DNA from: Eledone cirrhosa
Taxonomy: Eukaryota
Assembly (NCBI GenBank): GCA_964016885.1
Contig: OZ024761.1
Span: forward strand, 6,386,001-6,450,000
Direction of reading: 5' to 3'
DNA: 64,000 nt
Shown: positions 43,532 to 56,300 of the stretch, piece after piece
How positions within the stretch are numbered: the first letter of the stretch is position 1
Layout: each line of letters begins with the position of its first letter
Position numbers and translations under genes: made by a program
Notes under the pieces: generated by a model
Seen by the model: the letters and a program-made list of their open reading frames with translations, nothing else
What the model was told of the DNA's origin: nothing
Database searches by the model: none

Positions 43532-43619
43532 GTGGTAGAACACTGGGAGGTTAAATTTGTATTAGTAAAACACTCAGTCCATGGGACGTGGCCTTGATAA
43601 TGGTTTATTAACTGTTGTT

Positions 43620-43796
43620 GAACTTTTGGCACAAGGCCAGCAATTACCCCAGTACATTACTGGTACTTTATTTTATCGACCCCGTAAGGATGAAAGGCAA
43701 AGTAAACCTTGGCGGGATTTGGACTCGGACCATAAAGGAACGTAACTTTGCTGGAAAGCATGGCGTCTTGACCCTCTACCGATACTGCCAATCCAA
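43620..43796 (-). mobile_element. SINE family 1
   Basis: Reverse copy with A/B boxes and gcctttcatccttacggggtcgataaa core. Confidence 0.9.
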
Positions 43797-43834
43797 ATGA
43801 CAATAAAAATAGCAGCTTTTTGTAAACTTTATTA

Positions 43835-43921
43835 CGTATTACAATTTGTTTCCATATCGATCAGCTCGGGTTTGATCATGTGATCGGGTCCCGGCTCTTA
43901 ATCGACACTTCTTCAGATATG
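43835..43921 (-). ncRNA. Type I hammerhead ribozyme with long stem II
   Basis: tat CTGAAGA agtgtcgatt..cggg..gatca..tgatc..cccg..gatcgatatg GAAA caaattg TA ata; short stem I. Confidence 0.65.
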
Positions 43922-43999
43922 AGAGTTTATATGGGTGGGCTTATATATATAGAAATCACACCGGAATTGTTGGAATGTTACAAGTGCAATAAATTCCTG

Positions 44000-44660
44000 T
44001 GTCTATTATTAGGTACAGTGAGGGAATTCTCAAATGGAATGTAAACGAACAGAAAGAACTAGATAGTCATTAATTTCTATCTACAGTATGTTTCATAAGA
44101 GGAGGATGTTGATAGATTGTACTTAAAGAGACCTGAAGGCAGGAGAGGTCGTATCAGCGTGGCGGACAGTGTTCAGATGGAGAAGAGCAGTTTGCATAAA
44201 TGTGTCCGTGAGTAATGAGCCAACACATAAGGTCGTATTGAAGGAGCAGACGATAGACTAAAGGAGGGTCAAGAAGGAAGTAATGAGGAGGAGGAAGGAC
44301 AAAATGAAGGAAAAGGCTCTTCATGGCGTCTTCTTTAAGAAAACAGAATTCAGAGATCCGTAGACATGAGACTGGTTAAAAAAACGGGACCTCAAGAAAG
44401 CCACCAAGAGAATGCAACTGGCTGCACAGGAGCAAACCCTTAGAATGAAGTGGATGAAACACCATATTGAGAAGGAGGAAGCTAGCCCACTCTGTAAGAT
44501 CTGTGGAGAGAGAGAAACCTGTGGCTGACATCGTATCTGAATGTAAAGTCCTGGTCCAGATTCATTTTAAAACATGGAGGCATGATATTATAGGAAAACT
44601 GATCCACTGGCATTTGGGCCAATTGAACGATTTACCTCACGCTAAGAGGTGGTATGAACG
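44000..44660 (+). mobile_element. R4/Dong-like (RLE-type) non-LTR retrotransposon fragment
   Basis: MFH...DVDRLYLKR.EG.RG.IS; KALHG.F; WLKK.DLKK...AAQEQ.LR; PLCKICGER.ETV..IVSECK.L....K.WRHD.IGK.IHW (CCHC-like knuckle and RHD motif). Confidence 0.8.
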
Positions 44661-44778
44661 TGCCTGTGTGTGTGGGGGGGGGGGTGTATCCGTGCCTGTG
44701 TATGTGTGTGATTGTGTATGTGCGTGTCTGTGTCTGTGTGTGTGTGTGTGTGTGTGTGTCTGTGTCTGTGTGTGTGTG

Positions 44779-44815
<37 letters not shown>

Positions 44816-44883
44816 ATCTGTGTGTCTGTGTCTGTGTGTGACTGTGTGTATCTGTGTGTCTGTGTCTCTGTGTGTATGTGTCT

Positions 44884-44930
<47 letters not shown>

Positions 44931-45069
44931 TGTGTGTGTGTGGTTGTTAGTGAGCTTCCAAACTGGTAAGTTCGATTCCTGATGTTAGGTATTATCGTGA
45001 AGACATTATTTCACGTTACTATATTCCACTCAGTTGGGTCATACAAGAAGTTAGAGTTGTTGTTGTTGG

Positions 45070-45815
45070 TGGTGGAGGAGGGGGAGAGTGTCGTGGGGGC
45101 CAGAGTCCTCAAACACTCCTTCCAGCAGGTCCTGTCAGGAGCAACCATCTCCAACTGATCCGGCTGGATACCCAAGCGTGACCAACCAGATTCATGGATG
45201 TTATCCAACCATCTTGCTCGGGGTTTAACCCTGGGTCTCCTACCGGTTGGTTTTTGCCTTAACATCTGGCCAACGATTCTTTCCTGACACATTCTAACCA
45301 CATGCCTGTAGTATCGGAGCTGTGATCTCTCAATTCCAGGCTATACCAGGAGTGACTCTCTCGTCTCCGAGCTACGCACTTTATCGAGTAACATTACAAC
45401 AAGGACCCTTCGGAGGAAGCCCTTACCGCCATTTGTATTCCCGATCGTATTATTTTGGTCATTACCCAAGATTCATGACCATAGGCACGAAAGCCGAATT
45501 GAAGATTACGAATTTGGCTTTTACACCTACTTCCCTTCTTCAGATTACTGAATGTTGAAGCTGACGCATTACTGCACCAGCTCCTGCAATTCTTTTACTT
45601 CCCGAGATACTTGAACTTCTCCACCTTCTTCAGTGGAACTTCATGTACATGTAGAGTACACTGCAGGCTTCCATGAGAGGATGAGTGTCTCAGTTTTCAC
45701 AGCACTGACATTCCAACCATGCAGCACTCGGCCTTAAACCTATCAAGTGCAAGACGAAGATCACCTTCTGTCGAGTTAAGTAATAGCATGTCGTCTGCCA
45801 ATTCCAGCCAACTTA
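45070..45815 (-). mobile_element. RTE-like LINE RT/C-terminal fragment
   Basis: Minus strand: ADDMLL; LKKVEKFKYLG; Y.HVVRM.QERI..Q.L..KPTGRRPR.KPR.RWLD. Confidence 0.8.
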
Positions 45816-45847
45816 TTTTACACCTGAAAGTTAAGAATTATTGACTT

Positions 45848-46030
45848 GTGGATTGGCAGTATCGGTAGAGAGTTGGACGCCATGCTTTCCAGCATAGTTA
45901 CGTCCCTTTACGGTCTGAGTTCAAATCCCGCCGAGGTTAACTTTGCCTTTCATCCTTGCGGGGTCGATAAAATAAAGTACCAGTAATGTACTGGTGATTT
46001 GATGGCCTTGTGCCAAAAGTAGAAACAATT
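45848..46030 (+). mobile_element. SINE family 1 (tRNA head + conserved gcctttcatcc..ggggtcgataaa core)
   Basis: A box tggcagtatcgg, B box gttcaaatc, tail ggccttgtgcc..agaaacaatt. Confidence 0.9.
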
Positions 46031-47139
46031 AAAACCCAGGATTGTCACACAAGGGAAATAATTCTCTAAGGGGAGACAACTCAGCAGCTTATTACTGATG
46101 TTAATGGTTTCCAATTTCTTCATAAGACCAGCAGTTTGAGGAACAGGGGAAATTTAATTATGTCGACTTCACTACATAACTGGTATTTTATTTCATCGAC
46201 TCCTGAAAGGCAGGTTGTTGTTGTTGTTTAACAGCTCTGATTTAACAAGCCTCTGATCAAAAGATTGGTTATCGCGAACAACATAATCAATATGTTCCTT
46301 TTTAAAGTTGGCAGGTGAGATATGAGGAAGGTTTGGCTGCTATTTCTAGCAATTGAACACGTAGACACTGCTTCTCCTCTGTGACTAACGCAAGGAAAAT
46401 GTAAGATCTAAGTATATCACATTCAAAGTTTTGGTAGACATTAAATACAGGGAGGTAACTCATCGTTTGGGTTTTCAATTTTTAATTACGTTTGTAATCT
46501 CAATGAGAACACTACAGTTCAATTTGAAGCTTTGCCAATTCCTAGTGAGATTAAGAATGTCAAAACGAGGCTTTACGTGAAAACTACACATATCTCTGGA
46601 ATACTCAGCCACTAATAAACAAATCGTCTTTTATTTCACGTTTGAATATATTACAAATACAACAAAAAAAAAGACAGAAAGTAGTATTGGAAAGAACTAT
46701 AAATGCCATAAATGAGAGGAAAAGGAGGGAAAGAGCAAGGATAATTAGTCAAAGGAAGGGGGCGGGGAGAGGGTGACAGACTCTGCACCTGGGTAAGGGT
46801 GGTGTCTCAGCTGAGCCCCTACGGCCAATGGCCAGCGACAACCACCCCACCTCGCGGGGTTCCTTCCTCAGGCGGGCTGCTATGGAGAAGGTCAGCTGGA
46901 GTCTGAACACTTACCTGTAAATTTCACAAGTATGAATACAGTTAATTGAACAACTAAATGATCATCGTGGACGAAGAACCCTCTTTATTATTCCAGATAT
47001 CCTTCTTTATTTAAGAGGATTTGGGCTGCTGCTTCTAGCAGTTTCAGTGTTATTGTTATGTTAGAGTTATGGCCCTTTACGTTCTGACTTCAAATCCCGC
47101 CGAGGCTAGATTTGCCTTTTAGTCTCCTGGCGTTGGTAA

Positions 47140-47390
47140 AAATAAAGTACCAGTAATGTACTGGGGGGGGGGGGTCAATATAATGTACCAGTAATACTCT
47201 GGGGTCAATATAATGTACCAGTAATAAAATGAGGTCAATATAAAGTACCAGTAATGTACTGAGGTCAATATAAAGTACCATTAATACCCTGGGGTAAATA
47301 TAATGTACCAGTAATATACTGGTGTCAATATAAAGTACCAGTAATACCCTGGGGTAAATATAATGTACTAGTAATACCCTGGGGTAAATC
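47140..47390 (+). repeat. 30-bp minisatellite expanded from the SINE family 1 core
   Basis: Unit gtaccagtaatactctggggtcaatataat, continuing a SINE at 47065-47160. Confidence 0.85.
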
Positions 47391-47464
47391 GTCTTTCCCT
47401 CTCTCCAAATGTCTGGCCATATGTCTGTATTAGTAACCATCATTGGTGCTCGTGAAGGGCGACG

Positions 47465-47975
47465 GATCGGTAGAACGTCGGACACCATGTGTTGTGATAT
47501 TTGGTCAACCTTGGGTCACCCTTGTGCCTAAATTAGAAACCATTGGACGGTGGCTTGGTAGAGTCGGTAGAGCGTCGGACACCATGTGTTGTGATATTTG
47601 GTCAACCTTGGGTCACCCTTGTGCCTAAATTAGAAACCATTGGACGGTGGCGTGGTAGAGTCGGTAGAGCGTCGGACACCATGTGTTGTGATATTTGGTC
47701 AACCTTGGGTCACCCTTGTGCCTAAATTAGAAACCATTGGACGGTGGCTTGGTAGAGTCGGTAGAGCGTCGGACACCATGTGTTGTGATATTTGGTCAAC
47801 CTTGGGTCACCCTTGTGCCTAAATTAGAAACCATTGGACGGTGGCTTGGTAGAGTCGGTAGAGCGTCGGACACCATGTGTTGTGATATTTGGTCAACCTT
47901 GGGTCAGCCTTGTGCCTAAATTAGAAACCATTGGACAGTGGTTTGGTAGAGTCGGTAGAGCGTCGGACGCCATGC
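47465..47975 (+). repeat. 97-bp tandem repeat (~5 copies) of SINE tail + head junction
   Basis: ORF starts spaced 97 bp apart (47543, 47640, 47737, 47834); unit has ccttgtgcctaaattagaaaccatt + tggtagagtcggtagagcg. Confidence 0.93.
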
Positions 47976-48345
47976 TTTGTCGCATAGAGTTATGGCCCTT
48001 TACGTTCCAAGTTCAAATCACACCGAGGTTAGTTTTGTATTTCATCCTTACGGGGTCGATAGAATATAGTACCAGACATGCACTGAGGTCGATCTAATCT
48101 ACTTTCCCCTCCTCGCCAAATTGCTGGCCTTGTGCTTAAATCAGAAACCATTATTTGGTGGATTGGCAGTATCGGTAGAGGGTCGGACGCCATGCTTTGC
48201 AGCACAGAGTTGCATCCCTTTACGGACTGAGTTCAAATCCCGCCGAGGTTAACTTTGCCTTTCATCCTTACGGGGTCGATAAAATAAAGTACCAGTAATA
48301 CTCTGGGATAATTACTGGCCTTGTGCCAATAGTAGAAACAATTAT
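47935..48345 (+). mobile_element. Two tandem SINE family 1 copies (47935-48152, 48157-48345)
   Basis: A/B boxes, core and tail present in both. Confidence 0.88.
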
Positions 48346-48417
48346 TTCACAAAGGTGAATTTATTGATTTCATCAACCCCAGTATATCACTGGTATGAAC
48401 CCATAAAAGTACATGGA

Positions 48418-48640
48418 AGCTGGTGGCCTTGTGGTAAGGGTGTTGGACCTATGAACATAACATTTTGGGTTCAATTCCAGGCTGCTACAGTACACTCAGC
48501 TGAAACTGAGTACCAGCAGCTGGGAGTTTAACCTTGCGATGGACTGGCGTCCTGTCCAGGGGGAGAGGGGAGAATTGTACTCTCAGTTGCTTAACGCCAT
48601 GGAAACTGGGATAAACACCGCTTGGTCAGCCTCCGAGCTT
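48418..48640 (+). mobile_element. tRNA-derived SINE family 3
   Basis: A box tggccttgtgg, B box ggttcaattc, then ccttgcgatggactggcgtcctgtccagggg (resembles V-SINE-like domain, from memory). Confidence 0.65.
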
Positions 48641-49192
48641 GAGACAGACTTTAGACTAGACATAAAAGTAAAACAACGGGTTTGTTCCACAGAATGGGTC
48701 ACAGTTGGAATGTCTGTTGGATAAGGGAGGGCTGAACTGGGACTAAACAGCAACGAAGGGGGTCGTTATCAATATTAGGGTTCAGTCTGTTCGGATCCCT
48801 GGTCTATGATGAACTCCTACCTTTCCTCCTCACCACATCCACAAACGAATAGGCTAAGTAGCCGGTAAACCCTAAAGGGGCGCAACACACCTCGCTATAG
48901 CGTTTCACCAGCTCCTTCCTTCTGTTGTATCTGTTAATGTATTTACGTGTAGATTTGTGTGTGTATGTAACTAAAGTGTAACGTACGTTACAAATGGATG
49001 ACTAAATGATTCTAACTTGTTTTTTTAACAATTGATGGTGGAAAAGATTTGAAATTATCTTAACTCGGGCCGCAACTCATGGTGTCTGACACTGTTACCG
49101 GCTGCATAGCCTCTTACCGGCTACATAGCCTCTTCCATCCACAATCACTGAAGTGCATTCTGTCCCTCCTCCTTTGCCGAGCACATAAAAAA

Positions 49193-49362
49193 TAATTATT
49201 TCTACTTTAGGCACAAGGCCAGAAATTACCCAGTGTATTACTGGTACTTTATTTTATCGACCCCGTAAGGATGAAAGGCAAAGTCAACCTCGGCGGGATT
49301 TGAACTCAGATCGTAAAGGGACGTAACTATGCTGGAAAGCATGGCGTCCGACCCTCTACTGA
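49193..49362 (-). mobile_element. SINE family 1
   Basis: Reverse copy, near-identical to 31619-31799. Confidence 0.9.
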
Positions 49363-49770
49363 TAAAAAAATAATAAATAACGTAACTCAACACGCATACA
49401 CACACACACAGAAACACACATACAAACACACACAGAATCACACACGGAGAAACACACACATAAACAAACAAACACAGAGACACACAAAAATAGCACACGC
49501 ACACACACACACACACACAAACACAAACTCACACAAACAAACACGCACACACATACACCATTTTTGTTACATATGATGCGAGGGAGGTAACTCGATTGTT
49601 TTCGTTGTTTTTAATTAATTTTTCAATTGGTTTAGTACAGAGGTTCTCAAACGTTTGTCACCCCCACACCTTACGGCCACATATTATCCTCAGCACCCCA
49701 CCCACCCCTATTTCCAGAGAGACCTACCTACACACAAATTGTAAATAATATATAATAAATAAAATCGTTA

Positions 49771-49812
<42 letters not shown>

Positions 49813-50289
49813 TTTATTTATATATATATATATATATATAAAAAAAACAGGAGAAGAAAGAAGAATACTGCGTAGTTGCACATGGGTTACATATGATAAA
49901 ATTAGTCCCTCGTCAGTGATTTGCCAACCATCATTGATATTTCATCGCATTAAAAATCATATACCTCAGGTAACTAAAAAAAGCTATTGGGACAAGTAAA
50001 TCGCGTAAAGCGAGTGAGACAAGTAAACAACATAGAAGGATAAAAGCAAACCGAAGGTTGGAAAATAAACAACCAACATGGTTATCCGGTCAGCATAAAC
50101 TGGGTGGATTTCATGAGTGATCAAAATACAGACCGTCCGACGTGAGTGAGATGTGAGCAAGAAAAAACCCCACTACTAGCCAAACGGGAGGAAGTGAGAA
50201 GGGTAGAAACAGAGAGTGAGTGAGTGGAAGTGCGAGGAAGAGGTCAGTCGAGAGAAAGTGTAACTGACAGTGGGCGAAAGAAGGTGAGA

Positions 50290-52255
50290 GAAACAGAATT
50301 GTTATGCTTTGGGAGGGTCGTGTTGCCAATAAGAAACACACGCACCAGTTGCTTTCACTCCAATTTATTATAAATTAAATTTATAAATTTAGGAATTTAT
50401 AAATTTCCGGTTGGTTGGTTGGTTCCACAACCAGATGGTTGTTTATATATTGTCAAAGTTCTTTCGTCACACATTCTATGACTTCTTCAGTGACTGGGGA
50501 TTCTTTTCTTTGTTTTTGTGCCTCTCCTTTGTTCTGTCCTACGCCATCTCGTTTCTGTGTGAATGTTGTGTGCTCAGTCTGCGCATGCGCTACATCCGGG
50601 TGTTTGTGTGTGTTTATATTCGTTTATTTATTTGTTTATTTACATGTTACTGGTTCGTTGTTTGTTCTATGTGTGTGTGTGTTTTCATTTTGTCCTTAAT
50701 TGTAAGTTGTGATGTTGCTGTTCCACTCATGCTTTCTATTTAATTTTGGTTGTAATTCTTTTATGTTTATTGCCTCTGTGATTTGTCTAAACATTGCGTC
50801 TTTTCTGTGTGTAGATTCTATTTTTATTTCTATGTTCTCTAATTTACCCTTATGTTCTATTTTAGCATATTGGTGGAGTAGTGATGATTCTTTTTTATCT
50901 TGAAGTTCTCGCCAGTGTTCATTTAACCATTCTCCTATACTACGAGCTGTCTCACCAATGAACACTATATTCTTATCTTTACATTGTCCTTCAGTACATC
51001 TTATGCTATATACTACATTTCTAGTTTTATAGTTAATATGGGGGTTTAGTTTACAGATTATGCATTTCTTATCAATACAGGGAAATCTTTGAAAGGGTAT
51101 GTATTGCTAATAAGTGTTTTTATGGAGGTACCAGGTCTTTCTACTATCTTAATATTAAGTTTAAGTTTATCTAGGGCCCTTCTAAATTTGTAAGCTAATT
51201 CACCTCTATGGGTTGTATTGATGAACATTACACTCTGGTATTTATTGCTATCATACCATGAGTTTATTCTATTAACCCTATTCCTAGTTCTTTCTATTCT
51301 ATTCCAAAATTTGCTCCTATACAAGGGACAGGTCCCATTTGTATCATTATTTACCATTTTTTCCCATTTGGTTCTGGCTCCTCTATATACTCTGATTGTA
51401 TCTCTCTGATTGTAGCCAGAGAACTGCATACGGTGGATGAAGTGTTGCATGTGTCTCTCTAGTTCTTTGGGGTTGCACATGCGGGACACGTTTCTCATCA
51501 CCCGTACCAAATCCGCAATCACTATGTTGATTTTGGTGTGATCCGAAACAGCTGAGTTTCGGTGGATCAGATATTTGAAAGTCATGGGTTTGGCATAATG
51601 GGAATGGAGGATTTGTTTTTTTTGTTATTAATGGTTTCTAACCAGAGTTCTGTGTCTAGTATAGGTAATCGATGGTTGGGGTGTTTGCTTGGGAAGTCTA
51701 TAGTAACTCTAATACTCTGGTGGATGGAGTCAGCTATTTGCTGGATGCTTTCCATGGTGTTTTTCTCTAATTCCTGACTGTTCTCTAGTGGGGGTGTTTT
51801 TACTACGATGTTTATATCATCAACGTAGCGGGACTACATTATCAGGGTTAAGAGGTTGCTGTCTTCTAATTGTTCTTTAAGTTTAAGTCTATTGTCCCAC
51901 CATACCATCAATAGGTTAGCTATGTCACCTGCAATGCTAACACCAATGGCTGCTCCCTCCTCTTGGGCATATGTTTTTCCATTAAATTTGAACATATGTT
52001 CCTTAAGGGTTAATTTTATACTGGCCCCCACCGCATGTGCAATCATTTTCTTTAGTTCATCGTGGTTTTCGGGGGTCCGTATGGCTCTGGTCCACCCGTT
52101 CCATCTTTCTGTGTGGGTTTTATTGGCCATTGAGGTAATGGTTGGTGCGTGTGTTTCTTATTGACAACATGACCCTCCCAAAGCATAACAATATCGGTTT
52201 CAACACACGTTTTCAAATAAAGAATCTTGCTAAACAAATTCAGAAACGAAAAATA
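50290..52255 (-). mobile_element. Penelope-like element (second family), 5'-truncated, with an inverted copy of its 3' terminus at the truncated end
   Basis: RT: QEEGAAIGVSIAGDIANLLMVWWD, RYVDD (~51815-51830), HYAKPM; GIY-YIG: NVVY..FIGETARSIGE; 50290-50347 is inverted at 52140-52200. Confidence 0.92.
50452..50494 (-). ncRNA. Type I hammerhead ribozyme in PLE 3' UTR (family E)
   Basis: gtca CTGAAGA agtcat-agaatgt-gtgac GAAA gaac TT tgac. Confidence 0.82.
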
Positions 52256-52263
52256 TATATCTA

Positions 52264-52724
52264 TCTATATATCTAAAACAGAGAATGTCTGTCTGTCTGT
52301 CTGACTCCCTAAAACTCGAGAACCACCCAACCGATTGTTTTCAAACTTTACACATGTAATACTTATGGTCGTGTGAGTGTTTTGAGCAAACAATATTTCA
52401 AATTTTCAATGCCCTAGGGAACGCATTAAGCGATTTAGCGATCTCTCTCTATAATTCTTAGTCTTTCTTTTTAGATAGATACATAGCTATAACGTCGCGC
52501 CCTTATAATATCTGTCTGTATGTCTGGCTGTCTGCATTACGACATTATGACGCTATGTGTGTTTGTGTATATATATGTACATATAGTGTGTGTATATGTG
52601 TATATATAGTGTGTAACGTTTTTCGAAATATTTACTTCTGCGTTCACAGATTGATTTTTTTTAGTTTCAGAAGATCCCGTTAAAGGTGAAAGCAGCGATT
52701 CTTTGCTTAAACTTTAATCTGTTA

Positions 52725-52771
<47 letters not shown>

Positions 52772-52908
52772 GTACAGATATTTTTGCATACACAATAACA
52801 AAATATAAACAACCGTATTTATTTCACGAGGCTCGATAAGGATAAATATATATCAAATATATAAGAATCCTAGACCAAATCCCGAGCAACGCCGGGCCAT
52901 TCTGCTAG
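52264..52908 (+). mobile_element. Non-autonomous Helitron
   Basis: A|TC start (tctatatatctaaaac..(gtct)n), subterminal hairpin cccgagcaacgccggg 52881-52896, CTAG|T end, no TSD. Confidence 0.85.
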
Positions 52909-53315
52909 TACTATGTATAAATATTATATATTTCTTTTATTTTACTATATTTATATATACATAAGTATCATTTGATATTATATATATAGTATTATATCAT
53001 CTCTATTTCCAGCCTCCCCACCCCCTTAAGTGCCCCCCACCCCGAACCTTCTGAACGCCCCTTGGGGAGAGGGGGCGGTAACGCCCATTTTGAGAAGAGG
53101 GGCTTATGTGGTGGATGACAGATTCCTGTTGTGACGTAGACAACAGACAGATTCGTCTTGTGAGGGAGATGACAGACAGATTCTTCTTCTGTCAAGCCCT
53201 TATCAGGTTTTCCAAATTCCACTTTGGAAAAGCCACAGGCTAAGTAAGGGAACTGCCCCAATCACAAATGTATACCTGTTAAAATATGGGTGAATGTAGC
53301 GAGAATGGGCTAAGT

Positions 53316-56300
53316 CAGGGATTCTCAAACCTTTTGCTTCAGAAACCTTTGTAGGAACCTAATAAAGTCTAATACTGTCTAATAAAGTCTAATACTGTCT
53401 AATACTGTCTAATAAAGTCTAATACTGCCTAATACTGTCTAATACTGTCTAATAAAGTCTAATACTGTCTAATAAAGTCTAATACTGTCTAATACAGTCT
53501 AATAAAGTCTAATACTGTCTAATAAAGTCTAATACTGTCTAATAAAGTCTAATACTGTCTAATACTGTCTAATACTGTCTAATACTGTCTAATACTGTCT
53601 AATAAAGTCTAATACTGTCTAATACTGTCTAATACTGTCTAATACTGTCTAATAAAGTCTAATACTGTCTAATACTGTCTAATACTGTCTAATACTGTCT
53701 AATAAAGTCTAATACTGTCTAATAAAGTCTAATACTGTCTAATAAAGTCTAATACTGTCTAATACTGTCTAATACTGTCTAATACTGTCTAATACTGTCT
53801 AATAAAGTCTAATACTGTCTAATACTGTCTAATACTGTCTAATACTGTCTAATAAAGTCTAATACTGTCTAATACTGTCTAATACTGTCTAATACTGTCT
53901 AATAAAGTCTAATACTGTCTAATAAAGTCTAATACTGTCTAATACTGTCTAATACTGTCTAATAAAGTCTAATACTGTCTAATAAAGTCTAATACTGTCT
54001 AATACTGTCTAATACTGTCTAATACTGTCTAATAAAGTCTAATACTGTCTAATACTGTCTAATACTGTCTAATAAACTCTAATACTGTCTAATAAAGTCT
54101 AATAAAGTCTAATACTGTCTAATACTGTCTAATACTGTCTAATAAAGTCTAATACTGTCTAATACTGTCTAATAAAGTCTAATACTGTCTAATAAAGTCT
54201 AATAAAGTCTAATAAAGTCTAATACTGTCTAATAAAGTCTAATAAAGTCTAATACTGTCTAATACTGTCTAATAAAGTCTAATACTGTCTAATAAAGTCT
54301 AATAAAGTCTAATACTGTCTAATAAAGTCTAATACTGTCTAATACTATCTAATAAAGTCTAATACTGTCTAATAAAGTCTAATACTGTCTAATAAAGTCT
54401 AATACTGTCTAATAAAGTCTAATACTGTCTAATAAAGTCTAATAAAGTCTAATAAAGTCTAATACTGTCTAATAAAGTCTAATACTGTCTAATACTGTCT
54501 AATAAAGTCTAATACTGTCTAATAAAGTCTAATACTGTCTAATAAAGTCTAATACTGTCTAATACTGTCTAATAAAGTCTAATACTGTCTAATAAAGTCT
54601 AATAAAGTCTAATACTGTCTAATAAAGTCTAATACTGTCTAATACTGTCTAATACTGTCTAATACTGTCTAATAAAGTCTAATAAAGTCTAATAAAGTCT
54701 AATACTGTCTAATAAAGTCTAATACTGTCTAATACTGTCTAATAAAGTCTAATACTGTCTAATACTGTCTAATACTGTCTAATACTGTCTAATACTGTCT
54801 AATAAAGTCTAATACTGTCTAATAAAGTCTAATACTGCCTAATACTGTCTAATACTGTCTAATACTGTCTAATACTGTCAAATAAAGTCTAATACTGTCT
54901 AATAAAGTCTAATACTGTCTAATACTGTCTAATACTGTCTAATAAAGTCTAATACTGTCTAATACTGTCTAATACTGTCTAATAAAGTCTAATACTGTCT
55001 AATACTGTCTAATAAAGTCTAATACTGTCTAATAAAGTCTAATACTGTCTAATACTGTCTAATAAAGTCTAATACTGTCTAATAAAGTCTAATACTGTCT
55101 AATACTGTCTAATACTGTCTAATAAAGTCTAATACTGTCTAATACTGTCTAATACTGTCTAATACTGTCTAATACTATCTAATAAAGTCTAATACTGTCT
55201 AATAAAGTCTAATACTGTCTAATACTGTCTAATACTGTCCAATACTGTCTAATAAAGTCTAATACTGTCTAATAAAGTCTAATACTGTCTAATACTGTCT
55301 AATACTGTCTAATAAAGTCTAATACTGTCTAATAAAGTCTAATACTGTCTAATACTGTCTAATACTGTCTAATAAAGTCTAATACTGTCTAATAAAGTCT
55401 AATACGCTCTAATAAAGTCTAATAAAGTCTAATACTGTCTAATACTGTCTAATACTGTCTAATAAAGTCTAATACTGTTTAATAAAGTCTAATACTGTCT
55501 AATAAAGTCTAATACTGTCTAATACTGTCTAATACTGTCTAATAAAGTCTAATACTGTCTAATAAAGTCTAATACTGTCTAATACTGTCTAATACTGTCT
55601 AATAAAGTCTAATACTGTCTAATACTGTCTAATACTGTCCAATACTGTCTAATAAAGTCTAATAAAGTCTAATAAAGTCTAATACTGTCTAATAAAGTCT
55701 AATACTGTCTAATACTGTCTAATAAAGTCTAATACTGTCTAATAAAGTCTAATAAAGTCTAATAAAGTCTAATACTGTCTAATAAAGTCTAATACTGTCT
55801 AATACTGTCTAATAAAGTCTAATACTGTCTAATACTGTCTAATAAAGTCTAATACTGTCTAATAAAGTCTAATACTGTCTAATAAAGTCTAATACTGTCT
55901 AATAAAGTCTAATAAACTTTAATACTGTCTAATAAAGTCTAATACTGTCTAATACTGTCTAATAAAGTCTAATACTGTCTAATAAAGTCTAATACTGTCT
56001 AATAAAGTCTAATACTGTCTAATACTGTCTAATAAAGTCTAATACTGTCTAATAAAGTCTAATAAAGTCTAATACTGTGTAATAAAGTCTAATACTGTCT
56101 AATACTCTCTAATACTCTCTAATACTGTCTAATAAAGTCTAATAAAGTCTAATAAAGTCTAATACTGTCTAATAAAGTCTAATACTGTCTAATACTGTCT
56201 AATAAAGTCTAATACTGTCTAATACTGTCTAATACTGTCTAATACTGTCTAATAAAGTCTAATACTGTCTAATAAAGTCTAATACTGTCTAATACTGTCT

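Noticed and set aside
46900-46925. Minus-strand ttacag|gtaagt as a recursive splice site
   Set aside because: No real polypyrimidine tract and no host gene identified
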